Assembly (NCBI RefSeq): GCF_030684315.1
Contig: NC_081369.1
Location: 10,206,035-10,270,034, forward strand
From: Stegostoma tigrinum
Lineage: Eukaryota
DNA: 64,000 nucleotides
Direction of reading: 5' to 3'
This document shows, one piece after another, positions 12,965-24,869 of this stretch (the first letter of the stretch is position 1; the number at the start of each line of letters is the position of its first letter). Below the pieces are notes generated by a model. It was not told the DNA's origin. It was given only the letters and a program-made list of their open reading frames with translations, and made no database searches. A program made the position numbers and the translations under genes.

Positions 12965-14425
12965 TGTGAAATTCAAATGCCTCTGGGTCTTTTAAAAATC
13001 TAATAACAGAGTCTGCTGCCAGGATGTAGTTAATATTTAGTAATTTATAACATTAAAACCTTTTTTGTTCGTACCATTACATGTTTTCATAACCTTGAAC
13101 ATCACCATCCCTCTCGGTCAGGAGAATAACACATCACTGAATTTTCTCAGTCCTAATATCCTTCCAGTAAACATCATCTAACGCCTCCTCTGAGGCCTTA
13201 ATATCGCTGAAGGTTGGGGAAAAAAAACACCAGGCTGAGGCTACTTCATGGTTTGCAAAACTTGCTTACCTTTCTTTTAGGTCCCAGTTGTCCTCCTATC
13301 TTCAAAATATTGCAGACACACCCTGACCTTTACTTTGAATTAATCTATTCTCTTTGCAATCACAAAAACGTGGATTATTTATCCATTTTTTAAAGATAGT
13401 TTATGAGCATTAAGGGCAAAGCAGGATTGTTTTCCATCCATCATTGTCCTTGAGGGAATCTTCGTTGTTCATTTTAATATGGTTCATTTTAAAGGTGATA
13501 GGTCTTGTTATTTTCAAATCAACCTGTTTAGAGATGTTATGATACATTAGTAGAGTTTGTGTGGCTATGGTCTGTTGGTATAAAAGTAGGGACACGGTTA
13601 ACCCACACCACAACAACTCTTGAGGGGAGAGGAGGTACTCACGGAGCAAGGTGACCTACCCCTCTAAGTAATTAGGGGCAGTGTTCTGGAAGTTTTGTAA
13701 TAAATGGTCCATTTACACACTAGTCATAGCTGTGCGATCTGTAATATTGCAAGACAGAGATGGAATTCCTATTGTCTTCAGCTGGATCTGAAGGGAATTT
13801 CAGTTGGCAATTTCATTGTTCAGGAATGATTAGTCAGCTCAATTATTTACTTCATGAAATCGCAGTCATTGAGAGTTTTTCACATCTAAGCATAACACGG
13901 TTATTCCTGTTCCGACTTACCATAAAGAATTTCTGCAGAAATTAATGACAGATACCAATGGAGCAGAGATGAATCACGACACACTGGTGCAAATGAATGT
14001 CGAAAGCAGAAATTTCCAAGTTGAAGAACAAAGCCGCATGACAATTTCCAACAATTAATTGCTACTCAGAATCAGAGTGTAATGACAGGTATCGACATTG
14101 TCGCATACAAAGGTAAATTTGCTTCAATGGAATTAAAACCCCGACTATTGAGACATGACGTTAAATATGAAATAATTGAAAAACATTCATGATCTTTCAG
14201 TAACTATTGACAATATTTATGAATCACAATAGGGTTAATGCTTGGAGATTTGATTATGCTTCGTCACACCGAGAGGGATGGTGATACTTAAGGTTATGAA
14301 AACATTTAATGGTACGAACAAAAAATATTTTAATATTATAAATTACTAAAGATTAACTACATCCTGTCAACAAAGTCGGTTATTAGACAGATTTTTGAAA
14401 GACCCAGAGGCATTTGGATTTCACA
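12965..14425. repeat. Diverged inverted repeat pair of about 155 bp (12965-13117 / 14269-14425)
   Basis: aaatgcctctgggtctttt...catcaccatccctctcgg is the reverse complement of ccgagagggatggtgat...aaagacccagaggcattt. Confidence 0.8.
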
Positions 14426-14494
14426 AGTGAGGAAACCCAAGTTCTCTGTTTCACTCTCCGTTTTGTTCCACTTAATGAAATCATAACTAATCTG

Positions 14495-15190
14495 GAATGT
14501 TACACCTAGCACTTGATATGTGAGCAAGTGGCATTTCCCTGCTGCATACAATGTACCAGAGCTGCAAACTCTTAGCAGATCAGTCAGCGCAGATGGAAGA
14601 TAAATCCGAGTACCTTTCCAAAGACTGCGTTCTTTGATTGAAACTTGCTAAAGTTCAAAAGTGTAACATTTTGAGACAGAGAGTGGAAAAAATGAGGTCG
14701 ATGATGGGTGGAACACAGAGGAGATGAAGATATTGGAAAGTTACTGGTACGGAGTGAAAGATACTGCTGATGGGTGAAAAGAAACAATGATGCAGATTAT
14801 GTGCCATTGATCATGGGCACTGCTGAAAAACTGTAACAAAAACGAATGTTACACCTAGCACTTGATATGTGAGCAAGTGGCATTTCCCTGCTGCATACAA
14901 TGTACCAGAGCTGCAAACTCTTAGCAGATCAGTCAGCGCAGATGGAAGATAAATCCGAGTAACTTTCCAAAGACTGCGTTCTTTGATTAAAACTTGCTAA
15001 AGTTCAAAAGTGTAACATTTTGAGACAGAGAGTGGAAAAAATGAGGTCGATGATGGGTGGAACACAGAGGAGATGAAGATATTGGAAAGTTACTGGTACG
15101 GAGTGAAAGATACTGCTGATGGGTGAAAAGAAACAATGATGCAGATTATGTGCCATTGATCATGGGCACTGCTGAAAAACTGTAACAAAA
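14495..15190 (+). repeat. Tandem duplication, 347-bp units (14495-14841 / 14844-15190), period 349
   Basis: Both units start gaatgttacacctagcacttg. Two substitutions seen. Confidence 0.92.
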
Positions 15191-15830
15191 TACAAGGTTG
15201 TTTTCAAGAATTCTTAAACTCCATTTTATGCCTGGGAGCATGGAAAATGTCCAACGAACTTGCTTGGAGCACAAGGACATTCTGAACGTTAACAGGTCAG
15301 TGTGAAGGTCAAGTGCACGATTGATTTTCCAGATATCCGTGGTTTCGTACTTCACATTATTTGCATTACTTAGTAGTATTGAGTCCAGCATAAAATGTTT
15401 GTTTTTTTTTAGAGATGAACTCGTACATTGAAGAAGTCAAGATTTACTCTTAAGCAATGCAAAACAACATTTGTTTTTGCACAGAGTATTGATTCAGTGA
15501 AAACGCTATGGTAAAAGTATCTCACACATCATTTGCAGAAATAAAGGAAGCTTTCGTTATTTTCTGAAGCCATGATTATTCAATTTCCAAATACCGCTGA
15601 AAATTAAACCTGGAGATTATCTGCATTAATTGTGATCCTCTGGCGGGCAGACATTGTTAACAGCTTACTGAAATAGCGACTACACTTGAAAAATATATTG
15701 GTAGTACTGACCCCAGCAGAGGTGGTGGCACTCTAGTATACAATCTGGATGGAATTGATATGGGAATCCTCAACCTTGACTCCAGGCCCCACAAGGTCTC
15801 GTGGCTTCCGGTTAAACACGGACATGGAAC

Positions 15831-18150
15831 TACAGCAACTAAATGTACCTGACCAAATTATGCCAAGTAGAGTCACGTACTGTACTGGAACAGTTATGAA
15901 CATCGTCAGACATAAACGAAAAGTTCGTTGGCTTCTTGTTGTAAATGAGAATGGTGTCCTGAATGGTTTGGTCGGAAAGACTTATCAAGCCTATGACCGT
16001 GACCTGCGACATCACATGACGAACATTGAGTTCCAGAAGTCTGAGAAGTGAGAGGTTCCTTGACCACTGATAGCTGAGAAATTTCCATCTGAAGACAATG
16101 TGTTTCTGACACTACCGGCGCGTTGCTTTCTAATCAGTTATGATCAACAACTTTCCAGCCTTGATTCGATCTGAAAATAATGATTCAAGTCGCAGGCATG
16201 GCCATTTTCCCAGTAACTCACCTAAAGTATTCACCTATATGCAAGACGTTAGGAGTGGTAAAATATTTAGACCTGGGAACTTCAAATCCATGATGATGTC
16301 AAGCAGTAGTAAATGGAGTTAGGGCTATTAATCTTGATGAATTCCCTTTCTCCGCTTTAGGATTGTCGAATGTGATATTATTTTGACTCGCGGTAGAAGT
16401 GACATTCGAGACCCCTGTTCATCTGGTTCACAGTTACTAGCCTTAATTTCGCAGCATGAAAAACACAACGTATTATTCAGGGTGCTGTGTGTCGGCCTTT
16501 CCGGATGGACGTGCGAGGAGAAGCGGAATAAAGAGACCATCATTTGCTGATAGTGATGAAAAGAAAAGATAACAATGCAAGTGGGAACAAAAACAGAAAT
16601 TGCTGGAGAAACTCCGGGTCTGGAATCATCTGTGAGAAGAACGCAAAGTTAACGTTTCAAGTTCGACTCTTCATCAAATTGAAGTGGCACTTTGCTTATT
16701 CACAGTATTCAGCTTTTAGTATTAGCCATGTCTAATCCAACTTGAAACTCCTTTCATTTATTTCTGTTTTGTTTACTTATTAAACTCTCTTTTCAATTTC
16801 GCTATGACTATTCATGTTTATGTCCTCTTGTTATACATTCTATCACAAGCGGAAACATTTTCTCTGGAAATGATCCACACAGCTAGATCCTTTCATAATA
16901 TCAATTACCTTGCTCAGGTCATCCGTAGCATTTCGTTGTTCTTCAAATTAATTTCAAAGCTAGCCATTGATAAGATGGTAGCACCCTCACACCTGCCTAA
17001 GGGTAAGGTTGTCGAGAGTCCCATTTCAAGACGAGAGTAACAGATATCTGAGTTGACGTTCCAGTGTATGACTGAGGAAGTCCTGCTGTAGGAAACGTTG
17101 TTTTTCCGATGGTATGTTAAGCCAAATCCCAGTCCACCCTCCTGTGTTATTGCGAAGGATCCAATGCCACCGCTTTGAAGTCGAGGTAAGGAGTTAACCC
17201 AAGTGTCTTAAATGTTCAAGGACCGCAACACCAGCACCCCACCCCTCCCCCGATACTAAAAGCTGAATACTGTGAATAAGCAAAGTGCCACTTCAATTTG
17301 ATGAAGAGTCGAACTTGAAACGTTAACTTTGCGTTCTTCTCACAGATGATTCCAGACCCGGAGTTTCTCCAGCAATTTCTGTTTTTGTTCCCACTTGCAT
17401 TGTTATCTTTTCTTTTCATCACTATCAGCAAATGATGGTCTCTTTATTCCGCTTCTCCTCGCACGTCCATCCGGAAAGGCCGACACACAGCACCCTGAAT
17501 AATACGTTGTGTTTTTCATGCTGCGAAATTAAGGCTAGTAACTGTGAACCAGATGAACAGGGGTCTCGAATGTCACTTCTACCGCGAGTCAAAATAATAT
17601 TACATTCGAAAATCCTAAAGCGGAGAAAGGGAATTCATCAAGATTAATAGCCCTAACTGCAATTCCATTTACTACTGCTTGACATCATCATGGATTTGAA
17701 GTTCCCAGGTCTAAATATTTTAACACTCCTAATGTCTTGCATATAGGTGAATATTTTAGGTGAGTTACTGGGAAAATGGCCATGCCTGCGACTTGAATCA
17801 TTATTTTCAGATCGAATCAAGGCTGGAAAGTTGTTGATCACGACTGATTAGAAAGCAACGCGCCGGTAGTGTCAGAAACACATTGTCTTCAGATGGAAAT
17901 TTCTCAGCTATCAGTGGTCAAGGAACCTCTCACTTCTCAGACTTCTGGAACTCAATGTTCGTCATGTGATGTCGCAGGTCACGGTCATAGGCTTGATAAG
18001 TCTTTCCGACCAAACCATTCAGGACACCATTCTCATTTACAACAAGAAGCCAACGAACTTTTCGTTTATGTCTGACGATGTTCATAACTGTTCCAGTACA
18101 GTACGTGACTCTACTTGGCATAATTTGGCCAGGTACATTTAGTTGCTGTA
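15831..18150. repeat. Large near-perfect inverted repeat: arms 15831-16722 and 17253-18150, 530-bp spacer
   Basis: Mirror-image ORFs in the ORF track (e.g. 15906-16112 minus = 17869-18075 plus). A few substitutions and one 6-nt indel. Confidence 0.95.
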
Positions 18151-18484
18151 TGCTTCTGTATCAAAATCCGTGGTATCCTTTCTTACAAGATAGTGCAATG
18201 GTATTGCTTCGTATATTTAAATACTGTGCTGCTCCACTTCGCATGCTAAAACTTTCAACAGCTCTTGCATTTTACTTCGCGAAGTTCTTTTCCTGATGTA
18301 ATTTTGTTAAGCAGGGGACTGAAAGCTTGTCGGCTTAAGAGAGGAAGGCAGATTTGTGGCTACAATTAGAACAGCGATTACTGAATAGCCGAATAGGTGC
18401 GAGGGTCAGAACGGCCTACTCTTTCTCTGTGTGGTGTACACTGGTTTGCAAATATTATCATCGCTCTTCTTTCTCTTCTGATAG

Positions 18485-18790
18485 CCCCCGAAGCAACTTC
18501 GAGTAAAGTGAAACAGTTCCCCAAATTTGAGAACGTTAACAGAGGTGGGAATGTTTCCATGTTCTGCACATTTCCTATCTTTGAAGAAGCTCCTGATGTT
18601 TATTGGCGGAGACGGGGTGAGGAGTCGGTTCTGGAGCCAGACAGCAGAAAGCAATTCAATGCAAAAAGGGGAACAAGTTCTTTTTCAATCCTAAACGTGA
18701 GTTTCGCTGATGCCGGAGTGTATTTTTGTGAAGTAAAGCACCAGGGAAGGTGGATTGGAGATGGAGGTGGCACGCAGCTGACTGTTTATG
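18485..18790 (+). CDS. Gene A exon: germline-joined VJ-type Ig V domain (NKp30/NCR3- or SIRP-like IgSF receptor)
   Basis: Acceptor ttctttctcttctgatAG and donor GTAAG, phase 1/1. MFC(B strand), VYW(C strand), DAGVYFC(F strand) and J-like GDGGGTQLTV. Confidence 0.92.
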
Positions 18791-19621
18791 GTAAGGATCA
18801 TTGTGCCGGACAGGCTACTTTTCAGCTTTATTAGATACTTTATATCGCGGGACGAAAATTGTCCGAATTGCTTTTACTTGGGTTTGTACTTTCTTTGTCA
18901 TTGTACTTGTGTTAAATAGCAATTGATTCAGTCTCACAATATGAACACATGTCTGAGACCAATTTCACTTGCTTGCTGTCCTGATATTTGCAAGGGTTCT
19001 ACCTCGAAAAGTTTTATTTTTGTCCAGTTACAACTATTATCAAGCCAAGATACCGAAATAAAATAAAAGTTCAAATTTAGGTTTGAAATGAATCAATGCG
19101 CTAAGAGGACAACGTCAATTCAACGGGGCCAATGTGCGACAGTGGGATCAATTCTAACATCTCTTGGGTCTTATCTTTCTCCCTCCTTTATTTACACAAA
19201 TCCAGGGCTAAGGAATGATAGAATTCTGATTCTTGACTACGCACTTAATGCAGTTCTGATGGCCATAATATGTAATGAATCTTGCAAATTGATAATGATT
19301 TTAATTTATACTTGGAAAATTTCTGAAAAGTGTGATCGTAAAGAAAGCATTGAAATTGTTCTCAAGAGTTTCACAAATGATGGAAATTTAACATGGTCCC
19401 ATATATCAGGTTACATGACGCCTATACACAGATTTTCATCTATTAGAGGTAAAAATAGGGCTGATAAAAGCAGAGGGGGAAACGAGCCCAATAGGCAGAA
19501 TGAACTTAGATAAATTCAAAAACTCTGGAACTTCATAATGCCTCAGAGTTAGAATTTTCCATGTTGAATTCTGCATCTGTGCAGTTGTTATGAACTTCAC
19601 ACTGATCAGCAATTCATAAAA

Positions 19622-19960
19622 GCTACAGGGGAGGCGATGGCCTCGTAGTATTATGGCTGGCGTATTCATCCGGAGACCCAGATGAACGTTTGGGGACACA
19701 TGTTCAAATCCTGACACTGCAGACCACTCCAGCAATAAACATCAGGCATTAAGAATCAATTGTTAATTTTTGTGAAAATTCCATCTGTTTCACAATTTTT
19801 TTAGAGCAGCGACTGCCAACCTTTCCTGGTCTGACCTACATGTGACTCCAGCCCCACTGCAAAGTGGTTGACTCTTAACTGTCCTCTGGGCAGTTAGTGA
19901 TGGGCAATAGATACTGCCTGGCCAGCGAAGCCCTCGTCCCGTGAATGAGTAAAGAATAGG
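19622..19960 (+). mobile_element. tRNA-derived SINE in gene A intron, absent from the corresponding gene B intron
   Basis: gggaggcgatggcctcgtagtatta...gttcaaatcc head and LINE-type tail. Same family on the minus strand at about 34155-34590. Confidence 0.6.
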
Positions 19961-20641
19961 ATAGAGCCAGAGAAGCCGTTCCGATTAGTGGAGAGCAAGC
20001 ACAGGATGCGGATTTCAGATAATTTGCAAAATAGTAAGGTACCACGGTCGGAAAATCTTCCAAAGAAGCTGTTCGAGGATCTGGAGCGCACTGCGGAAGA
20101 ATCCGGTGCAATTGTGGTGTTCAAAAGGCAAAGTTAAGAAAGGGATGGAACCAACAACGTCAATTGCAGTGGGGTCTGGCAGCATTTGTGGAGAGAAATG
20201 GAGTTAAGGTTTCCAGTTTGGTTAGACTCTTCTTCACGAGATGTTTTGAGCATTGTGTGAGACAAAATATTTCGTACCACAAACCATCATACATGCAGTA
20301 TGGAGAGAGAGACTTCAGTGACAGACTGGCGTGTACTGCCTCCAATAGTTTGGTCAGGAATGCGACTGTCGCTAACCCCAACCCGGCTCCAGGATGTCAT
20401 TCAGAACACTGCCCCGGCCTCCCTCGTGTAACCAATCCTGGGAGATCCAACATCTTAGTTTATCATTTCACAAATTCCCACTATTTTGTTGTCCGGCTGC
20501 AACACTTCAACATTTCAAATTAAACGATAAAGAGCATGAGTATTGTCACTCTATGAACGTAACAGCGTCGCGGGTGCAGTCAAATGAGGATGTGCTCAAT
20601 TAAATTTAAACAAAACAGAAACTGTTTCTTTTTCCTTCAAG

Positions 20642-20935
20642 TGTCACCGTTGCCACTGAAAGTCGTTCAAGTTGAAGGGGTTTCTGCGGCTTCTGTGAAA
20701 CTGGTGTGTAAAACTGCTGCCTGTTACCCTGAACCTATCGGTATCTCCTGGCGAAGCGATGCTGCCGAAAATCTGACCGGAATACAAACGGTTATAAAGA
20801 CGGCAGATGGACTGTATGAGGTTTCCAGCTCTTTGGAAGAAACGCAGCCTGTGCGGAGCGGAGAGGTTTATACCTGTCTGGTGTCACATGTTTCCCTTCC
20901 TGAACCCGCCAGTGTCAACTTCACCGTCAATCCAG
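20642..20935 (+). CDS. Gene A exon: Ig C1-set domain
   Basis: Acceptor ttccttcaAG and donor GTAAG, phase 1/1. LVCKTAACYPEPIGISW, DGLYEVSSSL and YTCLVSHVSL are C1-set hallmarks. Confidence 0.92.
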
Positions 20936-21319
20936 GTAAGGCAGGAAACACTGGCAGCAGTGAGAGGGACCAGTGCTCCAAGCAGCGTTTAGAGAGGCAG
21001 CATGCAGCTGAGCAGCTTCCAAACCAGAGGGAGGGGTTGAGCGTGGAAAGTATCAACTCGCAAAGCGCCACAAATGGGAAAAGAATCAAGATATTCCTCA
21101 ATTTTTTAATCGAGTAAAATGAAATTACAACTAAAATGTTCTGTGATAATCCCTCCTAGGTCCTATGCCACATATCCTGAATATGTGAAAATATAGATAC
21201 GTTCAGCTGGTTTCTCAGCACTGTGAACTCTAACTCTCTCGCCCTAAACGCCTACGCCTCTCTAACTGTCTCGTTTCACACGCTCCCTAAAATCTGCCTT
21301 AACTTTTTCTGACTCATAA

Positions 21320-23850
21320 TGAAAACTGCAGATGCTATAAATTTGAACTAAAACGAGAATTTTCTGGAGAAACTCAGCAGTACTGCCAGCATCTCTGGAG
21401 AGAACGCACAGTTAATATTTCGAATCCAGTGACCGTTTTTCAGAACTAATGACAGCTAGAAAAAGATAGTGTTTACGCTGAAGGCAGGTTTAGGGTGGGG
21501 GCGGAGACGGAGCCTAAAGGAATTGACAGTTGGCCAGGCAAACGGGTGGATGATAACATGCCAGGGAGAGTGAAAAGCTGAAAATGAGGACCGTAAGTCC
21601 GTGAAATTCTCTTGGCTGTGTTGAAAGCAGCTCATGTGACGGCAGGACGTGGGGTGTGGGGATGGGTAAAGGACATGGAAGGAATACTCAGGCCCTAAAA
21701 TTATTGAATTCATTGTTCAGTCCCGAAAGCTGCAGTTCCTCGTGCGGAAAATGAGTTTCTGTTCCTCCAGCTTGCACTGAGCTTCATTGGAGCAGTTCAG
21801 CAGTCCCGAGGTGGAAATGTTAGCTGCGAGCATGACAGTCTGCTGCAGACGCAAAAGGTTGGCAGATCAGCGGACAGTTTTGGAGACAGACCATAAGTGT
21901 TCTGCAAACCAGTCTGTGTTTCGTCTCCACAGTGTAGGGGTGACCACATTATGAGCAACGAATATGATTGAGTGAAGAGCAGGAAAATCCCTGTTCCACC
22001 TGCAAGGTGCATCTGAGACCTTGGATAATGATGGTGGAGAAAGTAAACAGGAAAGTGTTCCACCTTCTTTGTTTGCATGGCAAGGTGACGTGGGAGTGTA
22101 AGGGACTATTGTGAGTGGAGGATGAGTGGGCTGGGGTGACAATGTCCTGACAAAGGAGGGAGGCTGAATGTTTGTCTGCTGGTTGCATCCACAGATGGTA
22201 CCATAAATGATGAGTTTTGATCTTTCTCTTGGAAATTGAGGACAAATAGAACCCTATCATTATTGAGGGAGTGAAGAAGATGAGTGAGGCAGATGTGGGG
22301 GAGATGCATCAGACATGGTTGAGGGCTGTCTTAAGCATGGGAGCAGGGAATCCTCAGTTGAAAAAACATGGTGGACATTTCTGTGATATGAAAGTAGCAT
22401 CATCACAACAGACATGCTGTACATGGAAAAACTGAGAGAACAGAATGAAGTATTTACAGGAATTGACATGTGAAGATAAATAGCCAGAGTAATTGGGCTT
22501 GTACTGAATACTGGTGCCCAGACTAAGCCGGAATGGAAACACAAATGTTGAGAAAGTGATGCGGGGAATAAGAGATGGACCAGCTTAAAGTGAGAGCAGG
22601 GTGGAAATTGAAAGCAAAATTGATAACTTTTTCCAGGTTTGGATGAGAGAGGGGAGCAGCACCAATGAAGTCATCGATGAACTGGAAAAAGAGTTGTGGG
22701 AGGGACCTGAGTGGGATTGGAACATGGAATGGCCCGAGTATCCATCAAGGACACAGGCAAAACTGAAGATTATGCCAGTGTCAATGGCCAAACATTTGAT
22801 TTGAAGAAGCTCAGAGGAATTAAAGGAGAAGATGTTCAAAGTGAGGACGAGATTGCCAGGTGGAGGGTGTGATGGATGATTATGGTTCAGTCTTTTTCTC
22901 CAAGAAGAAGGGGTTTCCCTAAAACCATCATAATAGTGAAGAATGTGTAAAGGGATTGCACATCCGTTGTGAAGATGAGGTAGTTGCTGCCACAAACTGG
23001 AAATTCCGAACTGATGTAAAGTGTCAAATGAATCAGTGGGAAGGGACCTGAGAAAGGGGTCAAGGTAGGAAAGCATAAAATCTGTGTGGCAGTAACAGGC
23101 AGAAACAATTGTTCTCCCCAGCAAGTTATATTGCTGGATTTGAGTTAGAAGATAGAAGCAGGCTCTATATGTTGGTGGAGCATACGTTTTAAGTCTATGG
23201 CAAGGAGACTACCAGATTCCCAGCCCAGTCACTTCCTCCCTCCTCACCAGCTAATCCTCCAGACACAACTTCCAAGTGAAGCAGTGATTTACCTTCTTGT
23301 TACTCTGTTCACTGGTCAGTGTCGTCTCCTGTACACTGTGGAGACAAAACACGGATTGGGCAATTGCTTTGCAGAAAACCTTCATTCTGTCCTCAAAAAT
23401 GACATTGAACTTCCAACTGCCTGCTATTCAACACACCTCCATGCTCCATGGTCAACATTTCTGCCTCAGGCCTGCTGTAGTGTTCTAGCAAGCCTCAGTA
23501 CAAGCTGGAAGAACAGTTTAATTTTCAAACTGGGGACATTGCAGCCGTCAGAATCAACATCGAGTTCAATAATTTTAGTGTCGGAATACTACGTCCATGT
23601 CCTTTACCCACCCTCGCACCCCAGGTCCTGCCAATGACATGAACCGCTTTCAGCAGAGCCAAGCCATTTTCATCTAGTTATGATCACAATTTTCCGTTTT
23701 TCTGCCTTCCTGACATGTTGTCATCCATCCCTTTGTTTGTCCAGCTGTTGTTTTCTCTTTTTTGGGCTCTATCGCTGCCTATTCGCTCACTTTTTCCCCA
23801 CTCCCACTTCCTACACCATCTGAGTTTCTCCAGCAGTTTCTGTTTCTGAT
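21320..23850. mobile_element. Decayed Penelope-like element, RT remnant on minus plus an inverted terminal part
   Basis: PLE RT remnants (LVLTLNIFSFNSS..LQIKCLAIDT; FTTDVQSLYT) and GIY-YIG-like remnants. PLE termini at both ends in opposite orientation. Confidence 0.75.
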
Positions 23851-24346
23851 CCACAAGTTCTAATGCGCTTTGTGTGGCTGGTTTATGTTTGATGACGGTA
23901 CTCTGGAGTGCAATGGACAGTTTGTCATGGTAAAGGAGTTAAATAAATGCAAGGTGCGTGTTTCAATTGCCAAAAGTTACAGTAGGTGTTAAACCTGATT
24001 ACGTGTTTCAGCTGGCGCTGACCTAACACAACAAGATTAATAACGTGTAAGAGTTTTTCCTCTTAAGAAACAAACCGAAGTGAAGATTTCTGAGTCTCTG
24101 TGGAATTGTTGCCTCCACATATTTTATTGTGGGTTAGGGGCTAGTTTGTCATTTCAGACACATTATAATTCTTGTACACATGCTACCCATTGAAATAATA
24201 GAGATCAATCTCTATTGACATTTATTGAACATTATCGTCCTGGGATACCACTTTGCAGACCACCCTCCTGTATCTGACCCACGATTCTCTCTGTTCAAAT
24301 CTCGCTGTATTCTGCAGTTCTTACTCAAATATTATTGATCCTGTAG

Positions 24347-24451
24347 GTGAAGATCTCAACTATGTGCTGATCGCTCGATGGGCAGGTGGCATGCTGGCAA
24401 TCTTACTATTGATAATCATTTTGACAAGCCTCGAAGTGAAGGCATCAGCTG
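24347..24451 (+). CDS. Gene A exon: transmembrane segment with Arg (activating-type)
   Basis: cctgtAG...G/GTAAG, 105 nt, GEDLNYVLIARWAGGMLAILLLIIILTSLEVKASA. Arg codon at 24376-24378. Confidence 0.88.
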
Positions 24452-24869
24452 GTAAGAACTTTTGCTGCTTTGCTGACTATTTTTATTTTCCAAATACAAT
24501 CGTACTTGTTAGAGACATAAAGAGCAGATGAAAGTGATTAACTATAGAGGAATAGTGAGCACTTTCCGACAGCTTTAAATACTGAAATTGATATCACAAG
24601 TAGTTATGTGATTAGCGATTCAACATGGTTATATAAACCGGATTTATTTCAAACCCACGTTTGACTGTTTACTCGAACCCTCCAGTTCTACAACTGGCAG
24701 TGTAACTGTATTCATTTTAAAGTGATATCAGAGTAGCCAACTGGAATAACTGCACAGAGGCTGGCATCCCGTTACAGAGTCACCCTTTATTCACATGTGC
24801 ACCGCACCCTAACTGTGGCCATCCAGCTCAGAGACAGTCCCTGAAGTGAGGAGATCCTGAATCCCTTGG

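Noticed and set aside
16804-16870. MTIHVYVLLLYILSQAETFS as the gene A leader in the palindrome spacer
   Set aside because: No suitable phase-1 GT donor, and no counterpart seen upstream of gene B.
15749-18121. Duplicated ORFs on opposite strands as genes
   Set aside because: By-product of the inverted repeat. The frames are not preserved in the gene B homologous region.
18397-18484. Apparent signal peptide at the start of the 145-aa and 150-aa V ORFs
   Set aside because: The starts are GTG/TTG, not ATG. The hydrophobic run coincides with the polypyrimidine tract of a good phase-1 acceptor.
18799-18805. cattgtg after the V exon as an RSS heptamer
   Set aside because: It is imperfect, has no nonamer at 12/23 spacing, is not conserved in B (cattgta), and V and J are already joined.
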